Assembly: GCA_036172245.1 (NCBI GenBank)
Contig: JAYWIR010000062.1
Span: forward strand, 124,001 to 188,000
Length of the DNA: 64,000 nucleotides
Origin: Raillietiella orientalis
Lineage: Eukaryota
Direction of reading: 5' to 3'
Part shown: one piece after another, positions 1-11,669 of the stretch
How positions within the stretch are numbered: the stretch's first letter is position 1
Layout of the letters: each line of letters opens with the position of its first letter
Translations under genes and position numbers: made by a program
The notes under the pieces: model-generated
Database searches by the model: none
What the model saw: only the letters and a program-made list of their open reading frames with translations
Told to the model about the DNA's origin: nothing

Positions 1-2247
1 CCTGTCAGGAGGTTCTGCTCGGGGAATTCACCGGAGGTCGCTGCCCTCCAGAGAAACGCGAGAGTCGGGGGTGCGTAGAAAACACGTCCGACCGTAGCTC
101 CGTGGTGGTCCACCGTCGTGGAGGCGCCGTGGCCTCTGTGGCATCGAACGCCGCGCTCCTGCACGCGCTGCCTCACGGCGAGCAAGGAAGGGAGAGGGAG
201 GAGGAGGCAAGATGGTCGGTGGCCGAGGGAGCTGCTGAGTTCCAAGCCGCCTCCCTCCAGGGGACTCCATCGCGTCCCGCGGGTGTGTCGTTCGTCCTGC
301 TCCCAGGGCACCGGATGCGGCGATGAGATCCCCGTCCGACAGGGGAAGGGGACTTCGCCCAGGGGGCTTTTTCTCATCTCCCTCTCACCCTCTTCCCGGA
401 GAGAAGACCCCCACCTCACCCAGGAAGTCCTCCTGCGGAGGTAACGGAGGGGTGGGTGGAGTCCACGCCGACCCGGCCTTCGGTCCCGCCGCGGGACGAT
501 CGATCGATCGCTCCAGTGATGAATTTTTGATAGGATGGAGCTCCCGGAGCCCCAAGAACAGGGGGCTAGGGAAAGGAGAGGGCCAATATGGGAGGGACAG
601 GGAATCTCCCTTTCCAGATGGTCTCCTTTGATTGGCAGCCGCTCAGACGCGCGCGTGCCTCATCAAGCAGGCAGTGCTGGGAAGCGGACGGGGGGTGGCT
701 CTGGCTGCTCCTTCCCGAGGGGAATGCCAGGGACGGAGGGGAATGCGGGGCTCCTCCCCGTGACAAGGGGAAGGAAGAGAGGAGGAACACGGAATTCCCG
801 GTCCCCATCCGCGCTGCCCCTCGTCGTCCGGGGGACGACCCTTTTCCCCCGCCGACGTTCCTCTGGGGTTCCCTGCTCTCTTCCCTTCGCCCTCCCGGGC
901 GAAGGTCGGAAATCCCCTGCCTCCCGACTCTCCCGCGGTGACGGAGCCTCAAGGCATCTTCACAGCAAGCAGGCAGGAGGGGGATGGGGGTTAAGCGCTC
1001 TCCCTCTCCCCTCCTTCCCAAGAAGGATGCGGAGAAGCTCGCTTACGTCTCCCAAGCGACGCTCCCGCCTACCCTATGCGGAGATCTTCGGGAGCGGAGT
1101 CAGAAGGGGTGTGCGGAGAGCAAGGAGGTCCGGGAGGCTTGACAGCGGGAAGCGGCCCTCCCGGGAAGGCAACGCTCTGCTCGTCCAAGTGGCAGCTGTG
1201 CGTTGCTTGGCAACGGAGTATACCGGTGCTCCAAAGGACTGTGGCACCCGATACGGGCAACGATAAGGGGAGAAGTCGGAGCCAAAGCGGAAGGCGGTCG
1301 GAGAAGTTCCCCTCTCCTTTCCCAAGCGCATTGGGGAGCCAAGGAGAGGTGCTCTCCTACGCGGGAGGACAAAACCTTTACGTGGACCCGCGGCGGAGGG
1401 CCAGAGGACCCCTCGTCAGTGGACGCTCTGAGAGAGAGCGGAGAGAAGGCATCGACGCTCTCGTCCCCCGGGGGACGAGCGTCCTGGCACAGGCGCAACT
1501 AGCCTGCGAAAGGCTCCATGCGTCTGTCACCAGGTCGCTCAAACCCCCATCCCCGCCCCCCTCTCTCTCTCTCGGAACCGCAGGGAGTCCGGCTCCATGC
1601 CTCGTCGGGTGGAAGCGGCCACCTATAGTTCCCCGCCGCACCGCCTTCCTCCAAGGCGGGAGAGGTGCTCCCTGTCGCCGCCGCCCCCTCCTTTCGTACC
1701 GACCCGTCACGGGGCGGGCGGTGATCAGTCGCCGCGGCAGTCGCCGATGCTCCACCACCGTCCGACCGCAGCGCCCCTGCCGGCGGCTGCCTCACAGCCG
1801 CAGCAGCTCCCTCCAGAGGGAGTATCGATCTTCCCCTCCCGGTCGAAGGGAGGGAGAAAATGACCGAGGATGTCTTTCAGCCGTGATGAATTGCGTCAGC
1901 CTCCCGTGAGTGCATCCGCGCCTGCCCGCCGCCAGCGTCGCAGCGGCAGTAACGAGCGGCTCCCGTCGCCGCGGCCAGATGGCGTCGCTGGCGCACTTAC
2001 GCGAGGTGCCGCCCCCGCCCACTTTCTCCCGATTTCCGAGGCGAGCCGTAGTCGTTCCCGGGGGGAATACGCGATCCCGCCGCCGCCGCCGCCGCCTCCG
2101 TCTTCCCCCTTACTCCCCCGCTTCCCTACCCTTACACGCGCCTCCTCGCGTCGGGACGCGCAAGGACCGCGCTCCCTTCCGGCGATTTCCCGGAAGTGGG
2201 GGGAGGAGGAGGTGCGGGAAGTCTTTCCCTTGCGGTGGTTCCCTCAC

Positions 2248-4746
2248 CTATCCACGTCCTGTCCAGGTACACGGAGAGGAAGGAGGGTGGGATGGTGAAG
2301 TAGTCGACGAAGGAGTGCATCTCGAAGAGGAACCACAGCTTGTCGTTGGCGGCGATGAACTGGGGAGCGGGAGGGTCGCCGTTAGTCCACGGCCCCCGGA
2401 GAACTCACCCGGATGAAAAAGTAGATCATGAAGAAGATGTTCAGCACCAGGTCGATCTGCAGCGTCGTGTTGCTGGACCACTTCTCGCAAATCTCGACCG
2501 CGTCACTTTCGTGGGAAGAGAAAGGCGGGGGAAAGGGAAGGAGGAGGAAAGGGGAGGGGGAAAGAAGAGAAAAAAAAAGAAAAAGAAAAAAACGGGAAGA
2601 GTTATGGGGGGCAACCGGCGGGCGCGGACCGTCTTACTTGGAGGCGTCGATGAAGTAGATGATCAGGGAGATGATGCTCAGGACGAAGACCAGGACGACC
2701 TGGAAAGCAGGAGGTGACCCTTTCTTCCCGAGGGCGGGAGGGAGAGGGGGGGACGGGAAGAGCAGAGAGCTGTCCCTCCCGAGAGATCCCAGACAGCACA
2801 GAGGGCGTGCTGCGTGCTGCGCGTGGTGGCCGAGCTCGAGGGGCCTGGCGGAGGCCAGGCCGCTAGCGCTAGGAGAAAGCGCGCTGGCTCCGGAGCTCCC
2901 CAGGAGCACAGCGGAGGCGACGGCGAAGATGCCTTTTCGTGGAGGAGCGGCGGCTCCGGCGGCTGGACCCTCCCGTGCACTCTCGAGGTACACCCGTAGC
3001 GAGGCACGAAGAGCCCCTCGGGCGCTACCCCTCCCCCTCGACTGCCGCCGGCCCTGCAACTTCCGAATCTCCGGCGGCCTCCTGCCTTCGGTGGAAGGGA
3101 GGAACGCTGCCCGGCAGGAGCACCCCCCGAGGAGTCCCCTTTAGCCCCCAGCAATGGGTCCGCTTTTTCCTTCCCCCCTTTCGAGCCTTCCATGCCCACG
3201 CTGGCCCTTCGCTGGCACCGCCGGAGTCCTCCCGAGGATCGGCCGCACCAGGGTTGGGGAGCGTCCTCGACCCTGTTTGACTCTGCCGCGGTGCCTGCAC
3301 CGGGCGACGGCATCTCTGACCAGCGGGAGGACAAGCTGGGCGCGATCGACGGCGCGGACGAAGCCGCTCGCAGGCGCTGCCCTTCCAGGGAGACTCCCTC
3401 CCTTCTTTCCAGGGATCCCCCCTGTTCCGGTCGTCAGGAGGTCCCGGATGTGCGCGCGCGCCGGCAGGGGTTTGCCAGGGGTCCTGGAGGCGATCCATGA
3501 GGGACGGCTCCCATCCGGAATCAGCAACGGATGAGAACGCGCGGTCGTTCGTTCCCTTCGACGAGTGCCCTGGCCTCTCAGGGCGGGCCGGGCGACCCTC
3601 AGGACCCGCCGAGTCAAGCGGAATCCAGGTGCAGCCGCTGCGCGCCGCTTTGTGAACAAATGTGTGGTCGCAGCGGTGGTGGCTCCCTAAGTGCCGCCCA
3701 CGGGGCTGCATCCGGGGCAGCGGTTTCCGGGAGCAACCTGTGGTGGGTGGACGCGTGCGCTCTGCCCCCAGCCGAGGAAGCAGTGCCTCCCTCCCCCCCT
3801 GACGCCGCCGTTTTCTCGCCTTGACCCCTGCCTGAGGCTCCGGCTCCTCGCCGCGGCTCCCCAGGGACCGCATACCCCGCCGTCTCCCCTCCCGCGGGAA
3901 TGCGCTGCGCGAACGCGGGAGCTCAAGACCGGTGGGGCCTCCGCTGCGGACGAGACCTGCTTGCAGGTGGAGTCGCGTGGGCACGGCGCCCGCTTCCGTG
4001 GGAAGCATCCCGAGTAGCTTCCCAACGGGAGGAGGGAGGATCGCCCACCCCCCTCGCGCCGCCTCTCTTTCGGGAACGAGCCCTTACGGTGGCCCCTACG
4101 ATCGCAGGTCGCCGAGCAATGTGGAGCTAGGGGTGGGTAGGGAAGGGTGGAGCGTTCGCTGCTCGCACGCTGCTCCTCAGGGAGAGCCCCTTTCTCTCGA
4201 GGACAAGGGCTAGGCGCTTCCCCGTCCCTCCTGGTCGGCTTAGAGTTCCCGAGTGGCGCACCCTGCAGCGGTCGGTGCTCGCGTTCTCTTCGGGCCGCTC
4301 TTCCGCTTCAGGAAGGGTGAGGGGAAGAGGACCGACCCGTTTCTCGGTCCTCCATCTCGGAGGGGGGGAGGACTTACGAGGATCCTTCCCGTGACCGTCT
4401 GCCCGGAGATGAGCTCTCCCGCCCAGTCCTTGGCCTCGCTCTTGAAGTCGCTCCTGAATCCCTGCATCTCCCTCTTCTGCTTGAGGATCGCCTCCCGGTC
4501 CCCAGAGTGCGGGCCGGCCTTGCTGGGGTCGTCCTTCGCCTTCCGGTGGTCTAGCCGGAAGGAGTCTCGCTTTCCGGCGAGGAAGACGAACGCGCGGTAC
4601 AGCAGGACGAGGGCGATCCCGGCGAGGCAGGTGAAGATGCTGGAGAGCAGGAAGGACCACCACTTGCGCTCCCTCAGACATTCAGTGTCCTCCGGAGTCA
4701 TGTCCTCGGCGATGTCCCTGAAGTGCTGCTCGATCTTGTCCAGCAT
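2248..4746 (-). CDS. slo: Slowpoke / BK Ca2+-activated K+ channel alpha subunit, 5' part (S0-S3); gene continues beyond the window start
   Basis: Four frame-consistent GT-AG exons: 4746-4378 (MLDKIEQ...[17 protein letters not shown]...[20 protein letters not shown]), 2699-2638 ([20 protein letters not shown]), 2505-2409 ([33 protein letters not shown]), 2359-2248 ([38 protein letters not shown]). The motifs match the Slo1/KCNMA1 family. The expected next S4 exon (GLRFLRALRL) was not found in 1-2247. Confidence 0.96.
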
Positions 4747-7700
4747 CTCGCTGCAGAGGAAGGGGGCCTTCGCTCGCACCCGGAGGGGAAAGTGAAATCT
4801 CGGGCGGACGGAGACGTCACGGTTGCCAGGCAGCAAGCGGGCGAAGAGGCGCTGCTGTCATCCCTTGCGCTCCCTGGAAGCAGAGAAAGGCGACGGCGCG
4901 GTGCCGCCGCTCCGTTTCGGTAGGCGCCGGCGCTCTGGGGGGGGGCGTCCAGAGCGGGGAGAGGGAGGGACGTCCGACCCCCTTCGCCGCCCCCTCTTCC
5001 CACGACGAACCAACGAGCTCGGGGGTCTCCTCCAGCGGCGGCAGCGCAGGCCTCCCGCAGTGTCTCGGCCTGCGGGGTTCCCCATGACAGGAATCGCTTT
5101 CTGACCTGACCTGTTCCCCTTCCGCGGGGGCGCGGAGTGGAAGGAGGGGGACGAGGAGGAAGCGAAACGATGTCCTTCACCGCGAGTACCGCCTTCGCGG
5201 CCGTTAGGGGGCCAGGATGGGGGTCTCGGAACGGAAGCGCGCTCCCTGCTTCAGTCCGAGACATGAGGAGGGAGTTGGAGCGGGTGGCCCCTCCCTTCCC
5301 CCTCCCCGTGGGGTGCGCAAGATTGGAGGGGAAGAAGGGCGAAGAGCACGGAAACTGTGCTGCCCTTCCCGGCAGCTCCCCACGGACTCGCCTCTCACGC
5401 CCATCCTGCTTCCAGACAAACCAACGTCGGGGTCCACAGGGGACCGTTGGCAGGGGGAGCAGCGGGTCGCAGGCGCTGCCTCCTCTCAAAGGTCACTCCA
5501 CTGCCCATCCTGGGCATTCTCCTCGATGAGACCCTTTTTTCTTTCGCTCCCACGCTAAAGGAGACGAGGGAGGTCGCGCTCGCGTTCTGGGAATGGGGGG
5601 ACGACCCACTCCATTTCCGGGTGTTCTCGTGTCCCTGGGATGAGGCGAGCCCCAGTGCGTTCGAAGGGAAGTCCGTGCCGGTCCTCCTCCGTGGGGTCCC
5701 GGTCCCCACGGAGGAGGACGGGGCCAGCAGGAGAGTGAGCCTTGCATCCGGTGCGGACCCACAGGGGAGCTCCTCCGTTTTCCTTGAAGGGAGAACGAAG
5801 TGGCTCGGCGTTCCATTTCCGTTTTATCCCTGCCCCTCCTCCCATCCCTCCCTTTTCGCAGGACTCCCCCACCCCCAGGGACACCAACCTGCTTTTCCTG
5901 GCGCGGGGCTTGTCGCACGTTCGGGACAGATCGAGAAGGGTGGGACGGGGGGCTGGGGGAGGGAAGGAGGGAGGAAGGGCCACCGCGGAGGGCGCGTCCG
6001 TCCGCCCCCGATCCTTATTCTTCTTCCCGTCGGGTTTCCGCTGCTGCCTCCTTCGTACGGTGCGGTCCGAGGACCTTCTTCGCCCCACACCTGGATGCTC
6101 CGTGCTCCTCCCAGAGCGGTCCGGGATCACGGACGCGACCGCTGGCGGAAGACACCTGCACCGGGAAACGGGAAGCCAGGAAGTGGACGGACGGCGGGAC
6201 ACGCTCGTGAGGGAGAGGGGGAAAGGGGGAGGAGCAGCGGAGGGGGGGAGGAAAGGAAAAAAGTTTTCCCCTCGTTCCTAAGGGACCCTTTTAGCCGGGC
6301 GCGCGGGATCCCGGAAGGCACAAAGGAGAGCGGGCGGGCAGGCAGGCGCGCGCGCGCGCGAGCCGTCCGGCCGCTTCGATCGATACGGCCGACTCCTCCC
6401 GGCGCCCGCGTTCTCCCGTCTCCTGCATCCCGCCGCCAGTCGGGGCGCGTTTCCGCGGGGGACGCCGCGTGCACGGAGGGCAGGGCGCTTGAGAGGCGGG
6501 AGGGACGCCGCCCGGTCCTGGAGGACCTGATCCCTCCGGGCATCGATCGAGCGGTGGGAGGGCAGTGGCAGCTGAGAGGGCGGACGCTGCCGAGGGCCGT
6601 CCCTTCCCGGGCGCTTCGAGCGCTCAAGGGGTCCAGGGACTGCGAGCTGGAGAGCGCAGGGTCACGCTCTCCCCAGCCTTGGGTTGGGGGCCACGCGGAA
6701 CGCCATCCTCCCACACGGGTTCGGGCACGTCACGGGGAGCTGCGGACGGGCCGCTCCACTGCCCTTCCTCTGCCATGGGATGGGACGTGAGGGGAGGGGA
6801 GGGTGGGAGGAGAGACCCTGTGGTGAAAATTCTCCCCCCCCTCCTCTCACACGTGCCCACGCGCATGTTTTCGTGGCGGAAACCCGCGATCTCTTCTCGA
6901 GATCAAGCGGTGGATGGGCGGGGGGGTTGACCTCTCGGGTCATCAGCAGGGGTGCGCGTCGTTCTCGGCTAACTCCGAAAGACGCCGGCGGCGGCACGGC
7001 CCTCACCCGCGTCCTGCAGAGTGTGGAGAGCGGGTCGTGGCGGTACATGGGGAGAAAGAGGGAGGGAAATGGGGTTTAGGGACGGGGGCCCCAGGCAGTG
7101 GTCGCGGTTTGCACGCGACGCCTTGAGGAGAGGGATTGTTCCCGCGGCTGATCGCCAGAGCGGAGCTGCCATCGAGGGAGACAGTGATCACCGCCCCAGG
7201 GCGAGGCTCGAACTCGCTGCCATGGAAAGCTAGCGCCTCCGGAGGGCAACCCGCTGCCGAGAGAGAAGAGGTCGCGGAAAGGATGCTGCGGAGCAGCCAG
7301 CCTGGGTGGCGGCTCTGGCAGGGGGCAGCTCGAAACGCGCGCAGTCCCCGTGACTCAGAGGAGGCGCGCCAGCCTGCAGCTTTCCGAGGTCGGGAAGCCG
7401 ACTTGGAGAGGTTCCACAGGAGCTGCGGTTCTCGAAGGGACCAGAAGGACTCCTGCGACCCCTTCTGCCCTCCAGCTTCCGAGACTCTCCTATGAGAGTC
7501 GGAAGGAGGAGGGACAGACCTCCTTCAGAGTTGCCGGTCGGACTCTTGAAAGATGGAGTGAGGGGGAGCAGATTTTCGCGGAATTCCACAGGGCACGCCG
7601 CAGTGCGTGGGCGGACCCACGGATTCGGCCTGATGGACGGGGCAGTTTGCGGTCTCTGCACACCTGCGGACTGTTCGGGGAGATGCCCCAGGCAAGAGTC

Positions 7701-10700
7701 TGCGAAGAGAGGGAATTTGGTGGTGCCTCAGGAAACCGAGGAGGAAGAGCAAAGGTCCTCCTCCATCCTTCCGGCACCGCGGAAGAGGGAGAGCCGGCGT
7801 GGGTCCGGCGGTTTAGAAAAAGGTCGACCCATCGCGTGGCCACCACCTCCCACTCCGAAGCGCCACCGGGGAGGTGCTGAGGGATGTCCTGCTCCCGTTC
7901 GCCCTCCTTCCCAGGGCTCTGAGGAACGAGCACAGAATCCAGAGGGCTTGCGCGTCCTGTGGAGACGCCGGATCCTCGGAGAGCACGCGCGCGTGAGATC
8001 TATAGGCGCCGCGAACGGAGAACGCGAGCAGAGAGGTGAAGGGCGCGCGCGTGCACCACGACGGCGGCGGTGACCATAACTACAGCGGAGATGGTGGTGG
8101 CAACAACGGCAGTAAGCAGTGTATGAAAACAATAACAGTAAGGAGGTGGTGGCAACAAAGGCAGTGGCAGGGGTCGGAACGATGACGTCGGAGATGATGA
8201 CTGCTGCGGGTCTCCATGGAAACGAGCAGGTGCGAGAGGACTCGTCTTTGCTTCAAGGTTCTCGGGCTGGCCTACTTGGACCTTCGAGGAAGATGCCGAC
8301 TGATAAGCGAGGCTACTGAGGGTTGCTGGGAGTGAGGGAGCAGCTCCTCGAACAGCTGCCTACGCCTTTCCGTGGTTCACCGATGGTGCCACGCAGGCCC
8401 CCTCGGGTCATGAGGCGACCTCGCGAGTCTCCGAGAGCGCCCGGGGCGCGGAGATGTCGAACGGCAAGCATCCAAGTCGCCGAGCACGAGATGAGGGTGA
8501 ACCGTGGAGAGCTTTCCCCCTCCCAGTTGGAAGTCTCCGGATCAGCGGCCTCTCTAGCCTCACAAACTTTTCTGGCGCCACCCCCAAGATGGCGCTATCC
8601 CGGAAAACACAGGCGGGAGGCTGCATCGTCTTCCAGAGAGGATGGACGTGCATCCTCTCTGGAAACCTCCGATGCGTTCATTGCTGCCCGGGTAGAGCCT
8701 TCAGGCCCTCTCTTGGACCTCATTGCGCCATCCACGGGCTCGAGACACGGGGCAAGGAGCGACCCTTAGCCTCAAAGAGAGATTGAGGGGAGTCGGCCGG
8801 AAGAAGTGGGGATGAAGAAGGAGAAGGAAACTGTCGAAAGGCATGTCGTTGCTGGCCCTCTGACCCGTAGGCGTCCGTAGGCAACAGCCCTCTCGGGATG
8901 CGACCTCTGCTGGGAGGCAGAAAGGAGAGCACAGCTGTGCCCTTCGAGCCCCGCTCAGCGTCCCATCTGCCATGCGAGGTTTCCTTCGGCTTGAAGACGT
9001 CGTGCCGAGCTCGGCGTCTCGCTACTATCCCTTTGGGATGGCGGTTTCATCGTCCGGTCAAAGGTCGACTCGAGGAACCTGTCCTCGAGTCATCCAGGGA
9101 CTCTATTCCGGTCTCCAAGCGACTCCCTGGTCGACTGCCGGAGGCGTCAGGGTCACTGTGAGCGACTACGAAGAGCGACGCCTGGTGTTTGACAGTAGGG
9201 AACGATACCGGAGCGAGTGGGCTGAGGTGGTCCTCCCCTTGAGCGATGGCTCCAAAGAAGAAGAACGTTTCCATGCTTGCTGATGGCGAAGAAGGAAACT
9301 CCTTGCAGTTCCAGGAGGTTGCTCGCCCTGCAGAGGCAAACTTGGTGGGGTGGAATGGAGGTGGGCAGGACGAGACGGGAAGGAGGATGAGGGCATACGA
9401 CCTCTCTCCAGGCAGTCCGGAGCTGCTGCCAGCCCGTGAGCCCGCAGTCTCCGTTGCTCTGTTCTCTGGAGCGAGGATGTCTCCCCGGGGGCGCGCCGAA
9501 ATGCAGGCGCTCTCGCACATTCCGAGGAGCGCTGGAAATTCGCCAGGGTCCTTCCCTACCCGATGCCGTGCCGATTCTCGGGACTTGGAAGTGTGGCGGA
9601 CCCTATGGGAAACTCCCGCTACGTCATCCACCGGAGATGGCGGCGGATCGCGAGCTTGGGTGCAGGCAGTACGTTTCCAAGGAAACAGAGAATGCGCCCG
9701 AAGCTCCCGGTGTGTTAGGTTAAAGAACCGATCCCCATGGATGTTCTCCCTCCTCTTTTTCCCTTCGCAGTTATCGAGGGTACACGAGCAGACACGCGAA
9801 GCTGCGTGTGCGCCACCGGACTTCCGCCTCCCGGAGGGGCGCCGGAGACGACAGCGCCTGGAAGGCGAATGGAGCAGGGAGCGCTCTCAAAGAGAAGGTT
9901 ACGGACCGATGACTGCCGCGCCATGACGCACACCTGAAGCGCAGCATCGCAAGAAGTCAGCCGAGTGCTGCTGGGAATGCGGAAAACGTCCTCGGACCCT
10001 CTGACAAAATGCCGGCTCACGAGATCTGGGAACTCCAGAGTCTCCTCGCCTCCTCTTTCCTCCCTCTTCCTACATCCGAGAGAACACGGGCAAAGGAGAT
10101 CGTTGAAGATGCACCGTTGCTTTAGTCCTCCACTCTTCGTGGACAACATGCGAAGTTCCTCTTCCGCATAGCCGGTTGCCGCCCCATCTTCCCCTCTTCT
10201 TCTCCTCTGTGCTAGTGGAGGAGATTCGTCCCTGGGTGGCGGCAGCCGTCAAACCTTGTCCTTGGAGAGGGTGGAAGTACCTTAAGGAGGATCCTGCTCT
10301 TTACCTCCGTCCCGATTAGGGGTGCGCGCGCGCAAGCACCCACAGTCGTGCTTGCTCGGATTCTCGAGCCCGCAAGGGACCCACGAAACCGTTGCCTTGG
10401 AAACGCGAGCGCTCAGGAAGAGGAAAGCGTGAAACCGGAGCACGAGTTTTTGCTTAGCAGCTAAAGGGCGCCTTACGCAGAGTCCACGTGCTCCGGGACA
10501 AAAATGAAAAAAGCAAAAACAAAGAAGCGGGAATGTTGTCACAGGAACGTCTTGTTCCGGTCCAAGCTGAGGATAGAGCAGGAGGACAAATTGTTTTTCT
10601 GGAAACGTGCCCCTGGGGCAAGCAATCACGCGCTCCTCACGGGAGATGCACGCCACAGAGAGGGGAGTCGTGCTTGCGAGTGCGTTCTTCATCACGCCAC

Positions 10701-11669
10701 GGCCTCCACCTCGCGACCGAATGGCCACCCACACCTGACGTAACGGAGCCTCGCGTCCTACCGCCGCTGTCCAGCGGTTCGCTGCCAACACGCGTGGTTG
10801 GCGCGGACGCTTGGTGCAGCCTCAGCACGTGTACCAACGACCGTGGCGTGAGGAGGCGCAGGACGGCATGCGGTCAGCTGCCACCGAATGGCTCAGCGCC
10901 GCAATTCCGCTGCGGCACGCAGTATTCAAGGCATCTCCTCCTTTCCCCCTCCCCTCCCCCTTGGCGTTTTTCCAGACGTCCAGTTCACTTCACCCTGTGT
11001 CCCGCTGCTTGTTTCATCACATGACTGAGCTCCGCTCACACGTGGCTTCCTTCCGGCGAGGTGGCGATTAGGGGAGCGACGCCTGCGCCCCAGGCGAGCA
11101 AGCCGCTGGCGACGATGATCGATGGAGGCCGTTCGGCAGGGCACGTCCACGTGAGGCAGGAGACGAACGAATCAATTCGAGAGGGCGCAAAAAGTGGAAG
11201 CTGTAGAAATCCTAAACCTTCAGCCAGCAGCAGCAGCGGCGGCGCCGCCGGAAACTCGGGGAACGCACTTCTCCACCTCGTTCCGTGCCTGCGGTCGCGA
11301 AAACTCGCAGCACAGAAGTTCTTCGGTCTTGTCCGAAGGACATGTGGTGATGGAAAAGAAAACCGAAATAGAAATCAATAGTGGTCGAGTCGTGTGCAAG
11401 GCGCAGGCGTCTTAGTCGGTGCGCGGGACGCGGAAAAGTGCTCGGCAAACGGTTGGGACTCGAAGACGGAGCAACGGAATTCCGTTGTGGCGATGTGGTG
11501 TGGAGCAGGTGACTTTTGTTCCCTCGCGTCCTTGGAGAACCTCCTGAAAAATTCCCCCAGGGTGTCGAAACGCCTCCTGGAGAGCTCTCTGCCGGCTGAG
11601 GAGGGGAGGCTCGAAGACGGGTGGCGCCGAAAGGAAGGAAGCAATGCCACTGAGTTCCGCTGCTTGTTT

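Noticed and set aside
1203..1260. Sushi/CCP-like LLGNGVYRCSKGLWHP exon nested in the slo intron
   Set aside because: No flanking splice sites and no terminal Cys; a decayed LINE fragment or chance match is more likely.
5357..6790. 477-aa ORF and the many other long R/G/P/A-rich ORFs (e.g. 32358-33683, 35795-37111, 39846-41087, 57071-58144)
   Set aside because: Stop-poor frames are expected in very GC-rich DNA. They overlap on all six frames, have no motifs, and several are antisense shadows of CalpC exons.
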